A stretch of 64,000 nucleotides of DNA, from the NCBI GenBank assembly GCA_963823665.1, contig CAWGMQ010000006.1, positions 1,568,001 to 1,632,000 of the forward strand. The letters run 5' to 3'. A program made the position numbers and the translations under genes. A model generated the notes under the pieces. The model was not told the origin of the DNA. It ran no database searches and was given only the letters and a program-made list of their open reading frames with translations. Below are positions 54,337 to 64,000 of this stretch, piece after piece. How positions within the stretch are numbered: the stretch's first letter is position 1; each line of letters begins with the position of its first letter. The DNA comes from an uncultured Planctomycetota bacterium (GTDB lineage: Bacteria > Planctomycetota > Planctomycetia > Isosphaerales > Isosphaeraceae).

Positions 54337-54700
54337 TTTCGAGAATGTACTTAGAGGAATAGTCGACGAAATGCAATGGGATTGTGAAAGCGACTGTCCC
54401 TCGAGCGCTGCCTTCGATAAGGCGATATTCTCTGTGGATCGAAGCGCGCTTACTACGCCGCCGGAAACTGTCGCCAGACTTCGCTCGTTTGGCATGTCAG
54501 TTCTAGCCTTGGTGGAGTTCAACTGTGGAGAGGCGAGGAAACATGGTTTTGATACGCGGGACGAGCGCGACGATGTGGCTCCTGATAACGCCGCGCACGC
54601 GCATGTCTACAATTTGTGGTACACCGAAGAGTCAACCAAAGCCGGGCGCAAGAAAAAAGCCAGAAAAATGAAGGATATCTGCTCAAAAGTGACGTTCTGA
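54299..54700 (+). CDS. Cargo gene 3, putative ADP-ribosyltransferase-fold toxin
   Basis: E.VLR...PSSAAF....SVD...DN.AHA.V pattern; overlaps gene 2 by 38 nt. Confidence 0.55.
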   Translation: MPIPPDAGPQVPDFENVLRGIVDEMQWDCESDCPSSAAFDKAIFSVDRSALTTPPETVARLRSFGMSVLALVEFNCGEARKHGFDTRDERDDVAPDNAAHAHVYNLWYTEESTKAGRKKKARKMKDICSKVTF

Positions 54701-54819
54701 TGACTGCCAAGGCGTTTCGCGCTTCCCACTGCGCCCGCTCAATCGCAATCGAACCATCGGGCGCAAAGAACCGGCTGCAAGATCCCAGTGGGAAGGTATG
54801 GTCCGCGCCGAGCTCATGG

Positions 54820-55029
54820 CTACGGATCGGGCTCGAGCACAACCGTCCCGTCCGCTCGTTCGATCGCGATACCCCAGCGGCGCGAGGTGTGACCAGACGG
54901 GAGCGGATCTCCGCTTATCTCGTCCACGTGGTAACGACCCGGCTCGCTCGAGCGAATCGCGGGCTCAAGCTGGTCGATGGTATCGACGTCGACGATGGGC
55001 TCTTGTCCGTTCTGGGTGATTCTGAACAT
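54820..55029 (-). CDS. Small hypothetical protein
   Basis: PGRYHVDEISGDPLPSGHTSRRWG. Confidence 0.6.
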   Translation of the reverse strand: MFRITQNGQEPIVDVDTIDQLEPAIRSSEPGRYHVDEISGDPLPSGHTSRRWGIAIERADGTVVLEPDP

Positions 55030-55057
55030 CGGCGTTCTATTACTGAAAGACCATGTC

Positions 55058-55342
55058 TCAGCCTCGGAACCGGGAGAAGCCTCGCCAATGAACCGCTACC
55101 GAGATAATCCAGCACACCACGAAAAAGACCGGCATCCATGCTAATATATAACCGCGCCGGGGGGCCTCGCCCGTCATGGTGTGGATGGCGTCCCAACCGC
55201 AAATGGTCCAAAAGATAGCTGTTACCAGGCCTACGAGTGAAATGCCTGCTTTGAGTGGTTCCGTGTTAGCGGCTCCTAGAGCGGCGACAAGTATCGTGGC
55301 CGCAAGCAAGAAAATCTCGGAGAGTTTGAATAGATCGTCCAA
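55058..55342 (-). CDS. Small three-TM membrane protein
   Basis: AAGGAG before the TTG start; three hydrophobic segments. Confidence 0.6.
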   Translation of the reverse strand: MDDLFKLSEIFLLAATILVAALGAANTEPLKAGISLVGLVTAIFWTICGWDAIHTMTGEAPRRGYILAWMPVFFVVCWIISVAVHWRGFSRFRG

Positions 55343-55460
55343 TTCGGGCTCCTTGATTGAGCGAAAGTTCGTCGAGTCCCGATGCCGTAGTCAATATGCG
55401 GGTGGGCGAGCGTAATCACAAGACGGTAGCAGTGCAAAAAGAAAAGTTGATTGCCACCTG

Positions 55461-55547
55461 AAGAACCTGCCGGTCGCGAAGGAGCGGATGTACCTGGCGG
55501 GGTTAAGGCTGGCGAGGGTCCTCAACGAGGCGTTGGCCGATGAGTGA
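55461..55547 (+). pseudogene. Orphan C-terminal helix of an S1/P1 nuclease
   Basis: KNLPVAKERMYLAGLRLARVLNEALADE* matches the family C-terminal AG.RLA..LN motif; no start. Confidence 0.6.
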
Positions 55548-55569
55548 TCAAGATGGCGCACGGGGTGGG

Positions 55570-56135
55570 TTACTGTCGACCAGCAGGGGAGATGACCCCG
55601 AAGAATAATATCAGGATGAACACGACCGGCACGGCAAAGGCGAGCCCCAAAAGTATCGCCTGCTGCAGATCAGGTAGGACCTGGAACCAGGCCCACGGGC
55701 CGGGCTGAATGCCTCTTGCGAGATAGACGGTGTTTTGTCTGGCGCACCGACTTTTGTATCGTAGGACAACTGACTGCCAGCATGACACAGTGCGCTTCCA
55801 GCATGACACGGCGCATGCCGCTATCGCCTTAGCGAATCGCCGCACTTGTTCGCGCTGCGCTTTATCTCGCGCCTAGTCGCCTCTGCGGACGCCGTTGAAG
55901 ATTGGACGAGGTTATATCCGCAAGATCGGCAGTGCGTTCGCGATCCCTTCAGGGAGATCTGCCTGCCGCAAACGGGGCAGTAGGGAAGTCCGTTCCTCCA
56001 GACCGCGTTCTGACTTTTGTTGATCGCTTGTATCACCGCGATGACGCAAGCTGCCAGCGAAAGCAGTACCACGATCAGAGCGACGACGGGGTTCTCTTGG
56101 TGCTTCGCGGCGAACAAGACCACGCTTGTCAACAT
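55570..56135 (-). CDS. Membrane-anchored zinc-ribbon protein (probably one gene, frameshift ~55845)
   Basis: TM + CPVC...CRSC in ORF 55821-56228; C-terminal TM in ORF 55570-55845. Confidence 0.5.
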
Positions 56136-56594
56136 CGTGGTTCTCCAACCGGGGCTGGCGGCCCGCAATCGCTTACAGGACGGCTTGAGGCAAGCATGGG
56201 ATGCCCGGGCCGCTACCTGGCAGGCCAACGCCCGGGCTGGCGGGGTTCATGATCGCGCCAGCGCGAGAGTGAAGTACCTTCGAGCGCGACGGCGCACCAA
56301 TCCGGCCGAGCACCTTAGGATCCGCCTGGCTCCGCGGGCCGGACGGTATCTAGTTTCGCTGAGCGGAAGGGGCATCGCAAGCGGGTGGAGTTGTCACGCC
56401 CGAGGCCCTATACGCTCGCCAGGGGCGTCCGCGGTGCTCTGGACGTGGAAAGCGTCGGCCAGGCGCTCTGAATCGCTGTCAAAGGGCTATGGATGGCTGG
56501 ACGCCCGGACTTCGCTCACGTGAACCCCATCCGCTCACCTAAGGATTCGTACGCCTTGCGATGGGCTTCGACGTATAGCTCAGTTTGGTGAGCG

Positions 56595-56846
56595 TCATAT
56601 CCGGTTCTCGTCAGCTTGTTCCTTGGCGAATTCGATTGCCTGGGCCGACAGGACGTCAAACATTTCCCTCTGGGTCTTCCCAAGCAAAGGTGCTGCGAGC
56701 ACGGCCATCTGCCCGTTGAATCGCACTCCGTGAAAAATCTCGTTCAGGAATGCCTCTCGCTGCTCGGGGGTTCCATTCATCCCATTGCGGCGAAACTCGA
56801 ACATCTTTTGTTCCAATTCCCTGCCCAGCGTCCACCAATTCATCAT
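56595..56846 (-). CDS. Hypothetical protein near attR
   Basis: Strong AAGGAGG before the ATG; 83 aa. Confidence 0.6.
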   Translation of the reverse strand: MMNWWTLGRELEQKMFEFRRNGMNGTPEQREAFLNEIFHGVRFNGQMAVLAAPLLGKTQREMFDVLSAQAIEFAKEQADENRI

Positions 56847-57041
56847 TCCTCCTTGCGGTGCATCCCGCGGATGACGGCGGCGCTAATCAATCGGGGTAAC
56901 TACCCTAAAACCCTACCGATTACCCAATAATATCGCAAATGAGAGCAGTTTCGGGGTAGTATTGCAAATGGGCGAAAACTACGGTATTATGCTGCATTTA
57001 TAGGGTATTTCGATTCTGACTCACAGGGGTTTCGGGGTTCT

Positions 57042-57085
57042 TTGGGGTGCAAGAGGTCACCGGTTCAAATCCGGTCGCCCCGATT
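57042..57085 (+). repeat. attR core (duplicated tRNA-Pro 3' half)
   Basis: 44/44 identical to 41823-41866; the tRNA 5' half is absent. Confidence 0.95.
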
Positions 57086-57538
57086 TTTGACGGCTGTGCG
57101 GACAGCGTTAGAGCCGAGAACGCTGTTCGCAGGCCGAAAATGAAGCAGAGCCGCTCTCGTGCAGTCGACTTCCCACGCCTTAGCATTCAAATACGTGACG
57201 TTGCTTCCTGCTCCCAGCAGAAACCTACGACACGAACGGTGAATTGACCACCCGTCACGACTGGATTGCCAATTTGGTAATCGGGGGGCGTTCATAACCA
57301 ACGCCTGTTGGCGTTCGCCCGTTTCGATCGCGCGATCGCCACCGGGAACCCGGGCATCGATCGCTCGCCGAGGCTTTCTAGCGGGCCTCGCCGCGCGACC
57401 GGAGGACTCACGAGCCCCATTGGCTCAGCAACTGTGGAACCTAAGTGCAGCCGCCTAAGGAGGATCGCCTCCGCGCAGTTTGGAGGTGTGACTGCAATGC
57501 CGTGCTTCCACAGCGGGCGGCGAGTTTCGTCACGCACT

Positions 57539-58342
57539 TCAGTATGCGCCGTGCCGCATCAGGACGACGAAGAAGGTCTTACCGATGATCACCAAGTCTC
57601 CGCCAATTGACCAGTTTTCCGCGTATTCGAGGTCGAGTTCCACCATGCGCTGGTAGTCGACTTCGCTGCGCCCGCCTACCTGCCAGGGCCCCGTCAGCCC
57701 CGGCATCACCTCGAGGCGGCGCGCGTAAGCCTCGGGATCGCAGGCCAAGAGTTTTTCGCTGTCCCTGAGTTGAAGCGGACGTGGACCAACCAAACTCATC
57801 TCACCCCACAGGACGTTGAACAACTGGGGAAGCTCATCGAGACTGTGGCGACGCAAGAATTGTCCCAACCGGGTGACGCGAGGATCATTACGGAGCTTGA
57901 AGAGAACGCCTCCGGCGGATTCGTTGCTCTCTTCCAGTTCACCCAAGCGTTGCTCGGCGTCGGTGGTCATGGTTCGGAATTTGATCACGCGGAAAAGCCG
58001 TCCGCGATACCCTCGCCGCAACTGGCGGAACAGCACGGGGCCGCGGTTCTCGAGGCGAATCAGCAAAGCGATGAATAGAATCCCTGGTGCGAGCAGAATA
58101 AGACCCACCAGAGCGCCCGAAATATCCACGGAGCGCTTTACGAGCCAGCGTAGACTGACATCGTTGAGCGAGCCCCGACTTTGCAATTGATCGGGAACCA
58201 CGGCGAGCAATTGCCCGTCGTCTTGGACACAGGCCGAGTCATTCATGGCGGTCGAGCTTGAGCGAGGTCTTGACGGGGAAAGAAAGTGACTCATCGGGGC
58301 AGACTCTCCGAGGAGGATCGGCGAGAGCAAGTTCATTTTCAA
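57539..58342 (-). CDS. Bacterial sugar transferase (priming phosphoglycosyl transferase)
   Basis: KR.VDI, KFRTM, DPRVTRLG..LR..SLDELPQLFNV..GEMSLVGPRP, PGLTG.WQV.GR. Confidence 0.95.
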   Translation of the reverse strand: MKMNLLSPILLGESAPMSHFLSPSRPRSSSTAMNDSACVQDDGQLLAVVPDQLQSRGSLNDVSLRWLVKRSVDISGALVGLILLAPGILFIALLIRLENRGPVLFRQLRRGYRGRLFRVIKFRTMTTDAEQRLGELEESNESAGGVLFKLRNDPRVTRLGQFLRRHSLDELPQLFNVLWGEMSLVGPRPLQLRDSEKLLACDPEAYARRLEVMPGLTGPWQVGGRSEVDYQRMVELDLEYAENWSIGGDLVIIGKTFFVVLMRHGAY

Positions 58343-58661
58343 GTAGACAAACGCGTTGGATTTGAAACACGCAGGAACTGCTTACTCAAGTTAACATGTA
58401 ACATCGAATTCCATGCGCGGGAGAGCAACACGGATCGCAGGTTAACACCCGGTCGTTGTGTAGTCAATCGTTTAGAGTTTTCGAGGCTGCGGTTTGTTGC
58501 TTTTTGGAATCAACGCTGCGCGATTGGCACTTCTTTTTGGAAAGAAACGAGTGTTTTTGCACCGTTCATTCGCCCAGAATCGAGCAATGACTCGAACCCA
58601 GGAATCGTGGTTGACCCGCCACGTCGTCGCAACCGCGTTCAAGCTTGTTCCTCGGGGAAAC

Positions 58662-59764
58662 TCAAACGCCAGGCACGGCGTAGCTCGTCGGCGGTTGCGG
58701 TGCTAAAGATTCGTCAAGGGGCATGAGCGGACTTTCTAAAAGACCGGCCCCGAGACACCGCATGACCTCGGCGGCTTGGTATTGATACCCTTGACCGTGG
58801 CCGAAGTGGTTCAGAGTCCTCGTGTCGCGGCGCAAGCGTTCCAGCGTTGGACGCCCGACCGTCTCAAAGACTCGCCGAAACAGCGCGTTCCACCGCATTA
58901 GGCCCTTCCAACCGGCTGATTGGATGCCTGCATGAGTGGTTAATCCAGTAGGCTCTGTGAAGAAATTCAGAGAGACGCGATGGGGTGCATAAAACGGTTC
59001 GTGAATGCGAATTTGCCCGATCGTGCCGATGATCCGAGCCTCGTTTCGCAGACGGCTGCGCAACCAGGCCGTCAGCACGGCCTGCGCGGCGCTTGGAAAC
59101 GTCAAGATCAACGAGTCCTGTTCATCCACGCCGGTTGGGCCGATGGCGGCCCGGCCGACCGTTTCCTGGGGTGGTCCGAGCAGGAAATACGCGAGGGAGA
59201 GCAGATACACTCCGCGATCGAGCAAGGCACCTCCCGCCCGGCGGCGATCGAAAAACCGGTTCTCGGGATCGAACGGGGTCGGATAGCCGAACTCGGCGGT
59301 CAACAGGCGGACCGATCCTAGTTCGCCAGACTCCACGATTGAACGGACCTTGTGAATCAAAGGATGAAAACGCATCCACATCGCTTCCATGCAGAAACGG
59401 TTGGACTTCCGAGCCTGTTCGATCACTTCGCGGGCTTGGGCCGCGTTGATCGCGAATGGTTTCTCCACGAGCACAGCTCGTCCGGCGGAGAGGCAGGCCA
59501 CAGCATCATCCCGATGCCGGTTGTGGGGCGTCGCCACGTAGACAACGTCGACCTCGTCATCCGCGGCGAGCTCATTCACGCCCTCGTGGGCACGCTTCGC
59601 GCCGAACTCGCTGGCGAAGAGCTCGCCCGCTCGCGCCGGCGCGATGCGATCGATGTTAGCACCGCGTCCGGAAGCAGCCGCAGGTCCTCGGCGAATGCAC
59701 GTGCGACGGCGCCGGTACCCAGAATGCCCCAGCGCGTGCTCCGGCCGACAGGATCAGATTTCAC
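58662..59764 (-). CDS. Gfo/Idh/MocA oxidoreductase (frameshifted)
   Basis: RWGILGTG, VYVATPH, VLVEKPF, MEAMW, GGALLDRGVY. Confidence 0.9.
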
Positions 59765-59788
59765 AGAGGATGAACTCCAACTCGAGCG

Positions 59789-60920
59789 TCACATTGTCCA
59801 GGGCATCGGATCGACCGGATCGAACGTCGTGGTCATCGCGTAACGGGCGCCAGCCGCCCGGGCATGGTCGATGGCGATGACTATTTCGTTCGTGTGGAGG
59901 CAGTACCGCGGGGAAAGTCTGCACGGGCGAGCTTCACGAATGGACGCTGCAAATTCGCTGACTCCCCGTGCAAAATCCATCTGCTGCGATCCCCGATCGC
60001 GATGCCGTCCGCTCTCAACCCGGCAGAGACGATAGGGCGTCTTGAAGGGAGACATGAACGTCTAGCGGCGAATCGTGATCGGCCGCTGGATCTGCACGGG
60101 CGATCGATAATACCAGCAGTCACGAGTGCTCAGGATCCCCTCATCGCCGATGATTCTCAACGTGTGATCATGAGGAGCGATGATGCTGCACGTCAACCGT
60201 GCCACAAACAACTCCCGTGTCAAACGTGATGCAGGCAACCGAGAAGTCAGGTGCCTCTCTCTCGAGGGCCATATCGGTCTTCTTGTCGGGGACCAGGCAC
60301 GCCGAGAACGCCGTCACCGTGCGCGCCGGACCGAAGAAAGCCGGGAGCCAGGTCAAATAGTACCCGGCGTGCTCGAACGTGCACCCCACCTCGAACTCGT
60401 CTTTGGCCGGCCAGGGAGCCCCCGATGCGCTCTTCCAGTTGCGGTACTGCATACGAAACACCATGCCGTCGTCCATCTCGGCGTAGACCAGCCGGACTGG
60501 TCCCACTCGGCGCTCTCGGAGTGCCTTCCACAAAGTCTGGGCGGTCTCTCCCAGCAAGCTGCAAGGCGCTGAAGCCAGACCGAGGCCGTGCGCCTCGGCC
60601 AGCTCGACCAGCGCTCTGGCTTGGTCGAGTTCCATCGCCAGCGGCTTCTCACTGTAGACGTGCTTGCCGGCTTCCAGGCACGCCCTGTTCACTTCATAGT
60701 GGCTCCTTGGGTTCGTGAGGTTGAGCACCATCTCGACACGCGAATCACTCCGCAGGTCGTCGAGCGAATCGTATTTGAGCGACGAATGTACCGCCGCGAA
60801 TCGCGCGGCCCGGTCAGCATCCCGATCAGCAACCCCCACCAATTTCAACTCGGGATGGCCCGGCATTGTGGCCAGGTAAGAATCGGCGACGAACCCGCAG
60901 CCTACGATCGCGATATTCAT
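59789..60920 (-). CDS. Gfo/Idh/MocA oxidoreductase (frameshifted ~60200)
   Basis: IAIVGCGFVA, NLTNP.SH, HVYSEKP; C-terminus MDFARGV in ORF 59789-60055. Confidence 0.88.
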
Positions 60921-61065
60921 GGGCAAATTCAGATAGCTTGTTCCGGAGAGATCGTCGGCAGAATTCGAATGGGATTCTACTGGCAGCCGTTCCGGCAGTC
61001 CAGGATCTGATTTGCAAGCGGCGACAAGCCCGGGATCACGAGAGGCGCTGCGCCGCGGATGCACG

Positions 61066-61464
61066 TCATGCGGAGCCTTCGAGGTACTTCCTCCAGGGCG
61101 TCCAGTAGTATTTCTCCCAGCCTTCAGTCACTCCGGCGAAGTCGTGGTCGGGCACGTCGAGATGAATCAAGTCGATTCGCCCGCCTGCTGGCGCCCGGGA
61201 GAAACTCAGGATCAGAGTCGAATCACAGTCCTCCGCGCGGAACTGACTTGAACGCCAGGCCTGCACGATCAGCCGAGGCTCGATGACCGCGAGCATCGCT
61301 CCGGTCAACACGCCACCGAACGCCTGAAACTCGCTTCCCGCCTGAGGGCTGATCGTGACGGCAGCGCCGGTGAAGGACGCATGGGCCGCGGGATCCAGGT
61401 ACATCGCAAAGAGCTGCTCGGGTGATGCCTTGAGCACTACGGTCTGGGTGATGATGTTTCGCAT
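61066..61464 (-). CDS. SRPBCC/AHA1-like protein
   Basis: IVQAWR, GWEKYYW.PW. Confidence 0.85.
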   Translation of the reverse strand: MRNIITQTVVLKASPEQLFAMYLDPAAHASFTGAAVTISPQAGSEFQAFGGVLTGAMLAVIEPRLIVQAWRSSQFRAEDCDSTLILSFSRAPAGGRIDLIHLDVPDHDFAGVTEGWEKYYWTPWRKYLEGSA

Positions 61465-61599
61465 CGGGATATCCTCGCGAGGAATCGTTGCTCTGGAATG
61501 CGTCCGAGTCGTCGCGCTCGTGTTGTGGGAAACACGCGTCGCGGGGCTCGAGGTGCCGCACATGCAAACCCGCACCGGATTTGCCGCCGTGTTCAATTT

Positions 61600-62532
61600 T
61601 CATCGCTGTGCTGGCGGAGCGTCGAGGAACGCCTTCATGATCGTCGTGAGCACGGGCGAGGCCGGAATGTTGTAGTGCGTGCAGCCGGGAAGAATCGCAA
61701 GTTGAGCCGTCGGTCGTCCCGAGCCATCGAGCCCCGCGTCCTTCTTGCCGCCGCCAAGCAGCCCATAGAATTCCACGATGTGCGCGGGGCTTACCGAATC
61801 CGCATCGGCAAAGACAAGCAAGGTGGGTGCTTCCAGTGCCGCGGCCTCCTTCGACCAGTCGTAGTCTCTCTTCAACAGATCGGCGAGCTTTGTGAACAGG
61901 ACACCCCAGTTGACGCCTGGGTAAAGCTCGAACAGAGGAGATCGCTTCATTCCCTCGGCCGTCGCCGGTCCCATCTTCGCCATCCCGGCGAGAACCTCCG
62001 GGTACCACCCGTCGCGCTTGAACGGTGCAGCGATGATCACAAGCTTGTTCACCAGGTCCGCGTGCGCGATGGCCATTCGGAGGGCCACGCCGCCACCGAG
62101 CGAATAGCCCGCGATATCTGCTTTTTCGATCTTCAGATTCTTGAGAAACGCCGCGATGTCTTCCGCCAGCAGTTCGTATCGCAGCGGGCGATCGATATCG
62201 GCAGTGTGCCCGTGGCCTTGGAGCTCGACAACGATGACTCGGCGAGAATTCGCTAGCGCAGGCAGAACTGGCCGCAACATCTCGATCCCGCCGACACCAC
62301 CGTGCAGCAGGATGAGCGGCTTCCCCTCGCCGTGAATCTCGTAATACATCTTGAGACCGTTCACCAGCGCGTAGGTGCCGTTGTCGTTCTGATTCATCGC
62401 GATACCCTTTCTTGCAGGCGGAGCGTTCGTCGATTCCGAAATGGCCTCGGCCGGCGACTCGCGAGCCTGCCATCCCGGGACGAGAGCGAGCGTGATGAAA
62501 ACAACAAATGATGTACTGTTCAGAATTCTCAT
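61600..62532 (-). CDS. Alpha/beta hydrolase
   Basis: LLHGG, LQGHG, GYSLGG nucleophile motif, ADAD, PG.TH. Confidence 0.92.
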   Translation of the reverse strand: MRILNSTSFVVFITLALVPGWQARESPAEAISESTNAPPARKGIAMNQNDNGTYALVNGLKMYYEIHGEGKPLILLHGGVGGIEMLRPVLPALANSRRVIVVELQGHGHTADIDRPLRYELLAEDIAAFLKNLKIEKADIAGYSLGGGVALRMAIAHADLVNKLVIIAAPFKRDGWYPEVLAGMAKMGPATAEGMKRSPLFELYPGVNWGVLFTKLADLLKRDYDWSKEAAALEAPTLLVFADADSVSPAHIVEFYGLLGGGKKDAGLDGSGRPTAQLAILPGCTHYNIPASPVLTTIMKAFLDAPPAQR

Positions 62533-62601
62533 TGGTTAGCGGGTCCTTTCTGTCGTTTGTTCGACGGTGATGGAACTGGCTGTTTCACGAAGCGAAAAGT
62601 C

Positions 62602-63093
62602 TCAGTAAGTCTCTGATGACGCCAGCAGCGCGGCAAGAAGATCGTAGCTTGCGGCCACGCCATGCTCCATGGGACTCTTGAGGACGGCGTCGCGAGCCTC
62701 CTGGGAGGTGTAGAGAATCGTGTTCGTGAGTGTCGTCTTGCCGTTCTGTTCGGTCAGGACGAGCGTCCCAACCGCCTCGCCGCCGGTCCAATCCTCGTCG
62801 AAGAGCTGGGTGCAGACGATCCGCTCCGGGCGCACAATCTCGCGATGGACACCCCCCATGCCCATCATCGTGCCGTCTGGCCCGCGCCAGACGTAGCGAT
62901 AGGCGCCGCCAACCCGCAGATCGATTTCGCACGTCTCGAGGGACCAGCCCGGCGGGCCCACCAGCCATCGCTTGAGCAGCTCGGGCTTCGTGAATGCTTC
63001 AAAGACCAGCTCGCGTTGCGCATCGAAGACCCGGGTCATTCTGATCTCGCGGTCGGTCGGCGTCGTTACTTTCAGATTTCCCGCGTTCTGCAT
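62602..63093 (-). CDS. SRPBCC family protein
   Basis: TRVFDA.RELVF.AFT.PELL.RW, DLRVGG.YRY. Confidence 0.92.
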   Translation of the reverse strand: MQNAGNLKVTTPTDREIRMTRVFDAQRELVFEAFTKPELLKRWLVGPPGWSLETCEIDLRVGGAYRYVWRGPDGTMMGMGGVHREIVRPERIVCTQLFDEDWTGGEAVGTLVLTEQNGKTTLTNTILYTSQEARDAVLKSPMEHGVAASYDLLAALLASSETY

Positions 63094-63108
63094 CGCTCGT
63101 CTCCTCGA

Positions 63109-63462
63109 TTACTTGGACTGCCTGAGTTTCTGGTCGTCGATCTTCATTTCTTCGAGCAGTGCATCCAGCCGCTCGAAGTTCCCTTCCCAGACCTGGCGAT
63201 ACCGCTCCAGCCATTGCGCCGCCTCCTTTAGCGGCTTGCCTTCAATCCGGCGCGGCCGCCTCTGCGCGTCGCGACCGCGTGAAATCAGCCCGGCGCGCTC
63301 GAGCACCTTGAGGTGCTTCGAGATCGCCGGCTGACTCATCGAAAACGGCCTCGCGAGATCCGTCACCGACGCTTCGCCGGACGCAAGCCGCTTCAGGATC
63401 GCCCTCCGTGTCGGATCGGCGAGAGCGGCGAACGTCGCGTCGAGACGCCTGGATAACGTCAT
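63109..63462 (-). CDS. ArsR/SmtB family transcriptional regulator
   Basis: FAALADPTRRAIL..L...SQPAISKHLKVLERAGL. Confidence 0.95.
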   Translation of the reverse strand: MTLSRRLDATFAALADPTRRAILKRLASGEASVTDLARPFSMSQPAISKHLKVLERAGLISRGRDAQRRPRRIEGKPLKEAAQWLERYRQVWEGNFERLDALLEEMKIDDQKLRQSK

Positions 63463-63463
63463 T

Positions 63464-63523
63464 GGATAACCCTCTGGTTCTGGAACTAACTAGTTATATA
63501 AACGACGGCGGCACTGACGTCAA
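63464..63523 (-). promoter_or_regulatory. Putative sigma70 promoter and operator of the ArsR operon
   Basis: TTGACG-17bp-TATATA on the minus strand, followed by two AAC-N-GTT pseudo-palindromes before the ATG. Confidence 0.5.
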
Positions 63524-63652
63524 GTTCTCGCTGTCCGCGAGCCGCCGGATTTGCGGCGCTAGCTCGGCCGATTGATTTGTCAAGCGAGCGCGACGATAAT
63601 CGATGCCTCACCGACGATCGAATTCTCCGCTTCTGCATTTTGGGAACAAACC

Positions 63653-64000
63653 ATGACCTTGGTGAGATCGAGACGCTCATCCGCTCGCACGCTGTTTGTT
63701 AGCTCGCTCGTCATCGTACTGATGCTAGAAGGGTCGCCACGGGCCCAGGCCTGGGGGCCGCTTGGTCATCGCATCATCGGCAAGCTCGCAGAGCGAAAGC
63801 TGAATCCCAAAGCAAGGGCCGCCGTCGCCGCCCTGCTCGAGCCGGGCGAGACGATGGCCGACGCCTCGAACTGGGCCGACGAGCATCTCCGCGACGTGCC
63901 CGGGTCCGGCCCGTGGCACTATGTCGACGTTCCACTCGATGAACCCAAGTACGACGCGAAGTTCTCGGGTGACGTTCCCGAAAAAGGCTGCATCGTCACC
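63653..64000 (+). CDS. S1/P1 nuclease, 3'-truncated by the window (not in the ORF track)
   Basis: Signal peptide ending AQA, then WGPLGH...SNWAD...WHYVD...GCIV. Confidence 0.92.
   Translation, partial: MTLVRSRRSSARTLFVSSLVIVLMLEGSPRAQAWGPLGHRIIGKLAERKLNPKARAAVAALLEPGETMADASNWADEHLRDVPGSGPWHYVDVPLDEPKYDAKFSGDVPEKGCIVT

Larger units (their letters stand above)
41823..57085 (+). mobile_element. tRNA-Pro-integrated PICI-like phage satellite (~15.3 kb)
   Basis: Identical 44-bp direct repeats at both ends enclose an integrase, primase, small terminase and capsid gene. Confidence 0.9.

Noticed and set aside
57042..57085. Second tRNA-Pro gene
   Set aside because: Only the 3' half is present; it is the attR core.
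41823..57085. Intact prophage or canonical cf-PICI
   Set aside because: No large terminase, portal, prohead protease, head-tail connector, tail or lysis genes could be recognised.

Overview
High-GC bacterial DNA, very probably a planctomycete (Isosphaeraceae-like, inferred from LExRxLL-type secreted giant proteins, an ECF sigma/Ser-Thr kinase pair, DUF1580 and typical REP-like repeats). Many conserved genes are split by single-base frameshifts, most likely long-read indel errors. Layout: (1) atpD-atpC. (2) A 2.3-8.6 kb patchwork of gene fragments, broken toxin-antitoxin-like pairs and repeated units, downstream of a ~8.2 kb CARDB/RHS gene that follows an ECF sigma and a Ser/Thr kinase. (3) A metallophosphoesterase, a four-helix-bundle gene enclosed by inverted hexamer tracts, and a CPBP protease whose 3' end is duplicated. 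(4) An A2-type cytochrome c oxidase cluster whose subunit III carries an L7/L12-CTD-like insertion. (5) A DUF11/Calx-beta surface protein, pyrF and tRNA-Pro(GGG). (6) A ~15.3 kb element integrated at that tRNA (44-bp att repeats at 41823-41866 and 57042-57085), with integrase, excisionase-like gene, primase-DUF3987, iteron ori, small terminase and a lone HK97-like capsid gene. It looks like a PICI-type phage satellite and carries a three-gene, possibly anti-phage, cargo. (7) Sugar transferase, two Gfo/Idh/MocA oxidoreductases, an ArsR-SRPBCC-hydrolase operon and the start of an S1/P1 nuclease. The strongest novelty candidates are the satellite and its cargo, the recurring displaced gene 3' ends associated with short repeats, and the CoxIII insertion. 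All family calls come from motif recognition by eye; no searches were run.
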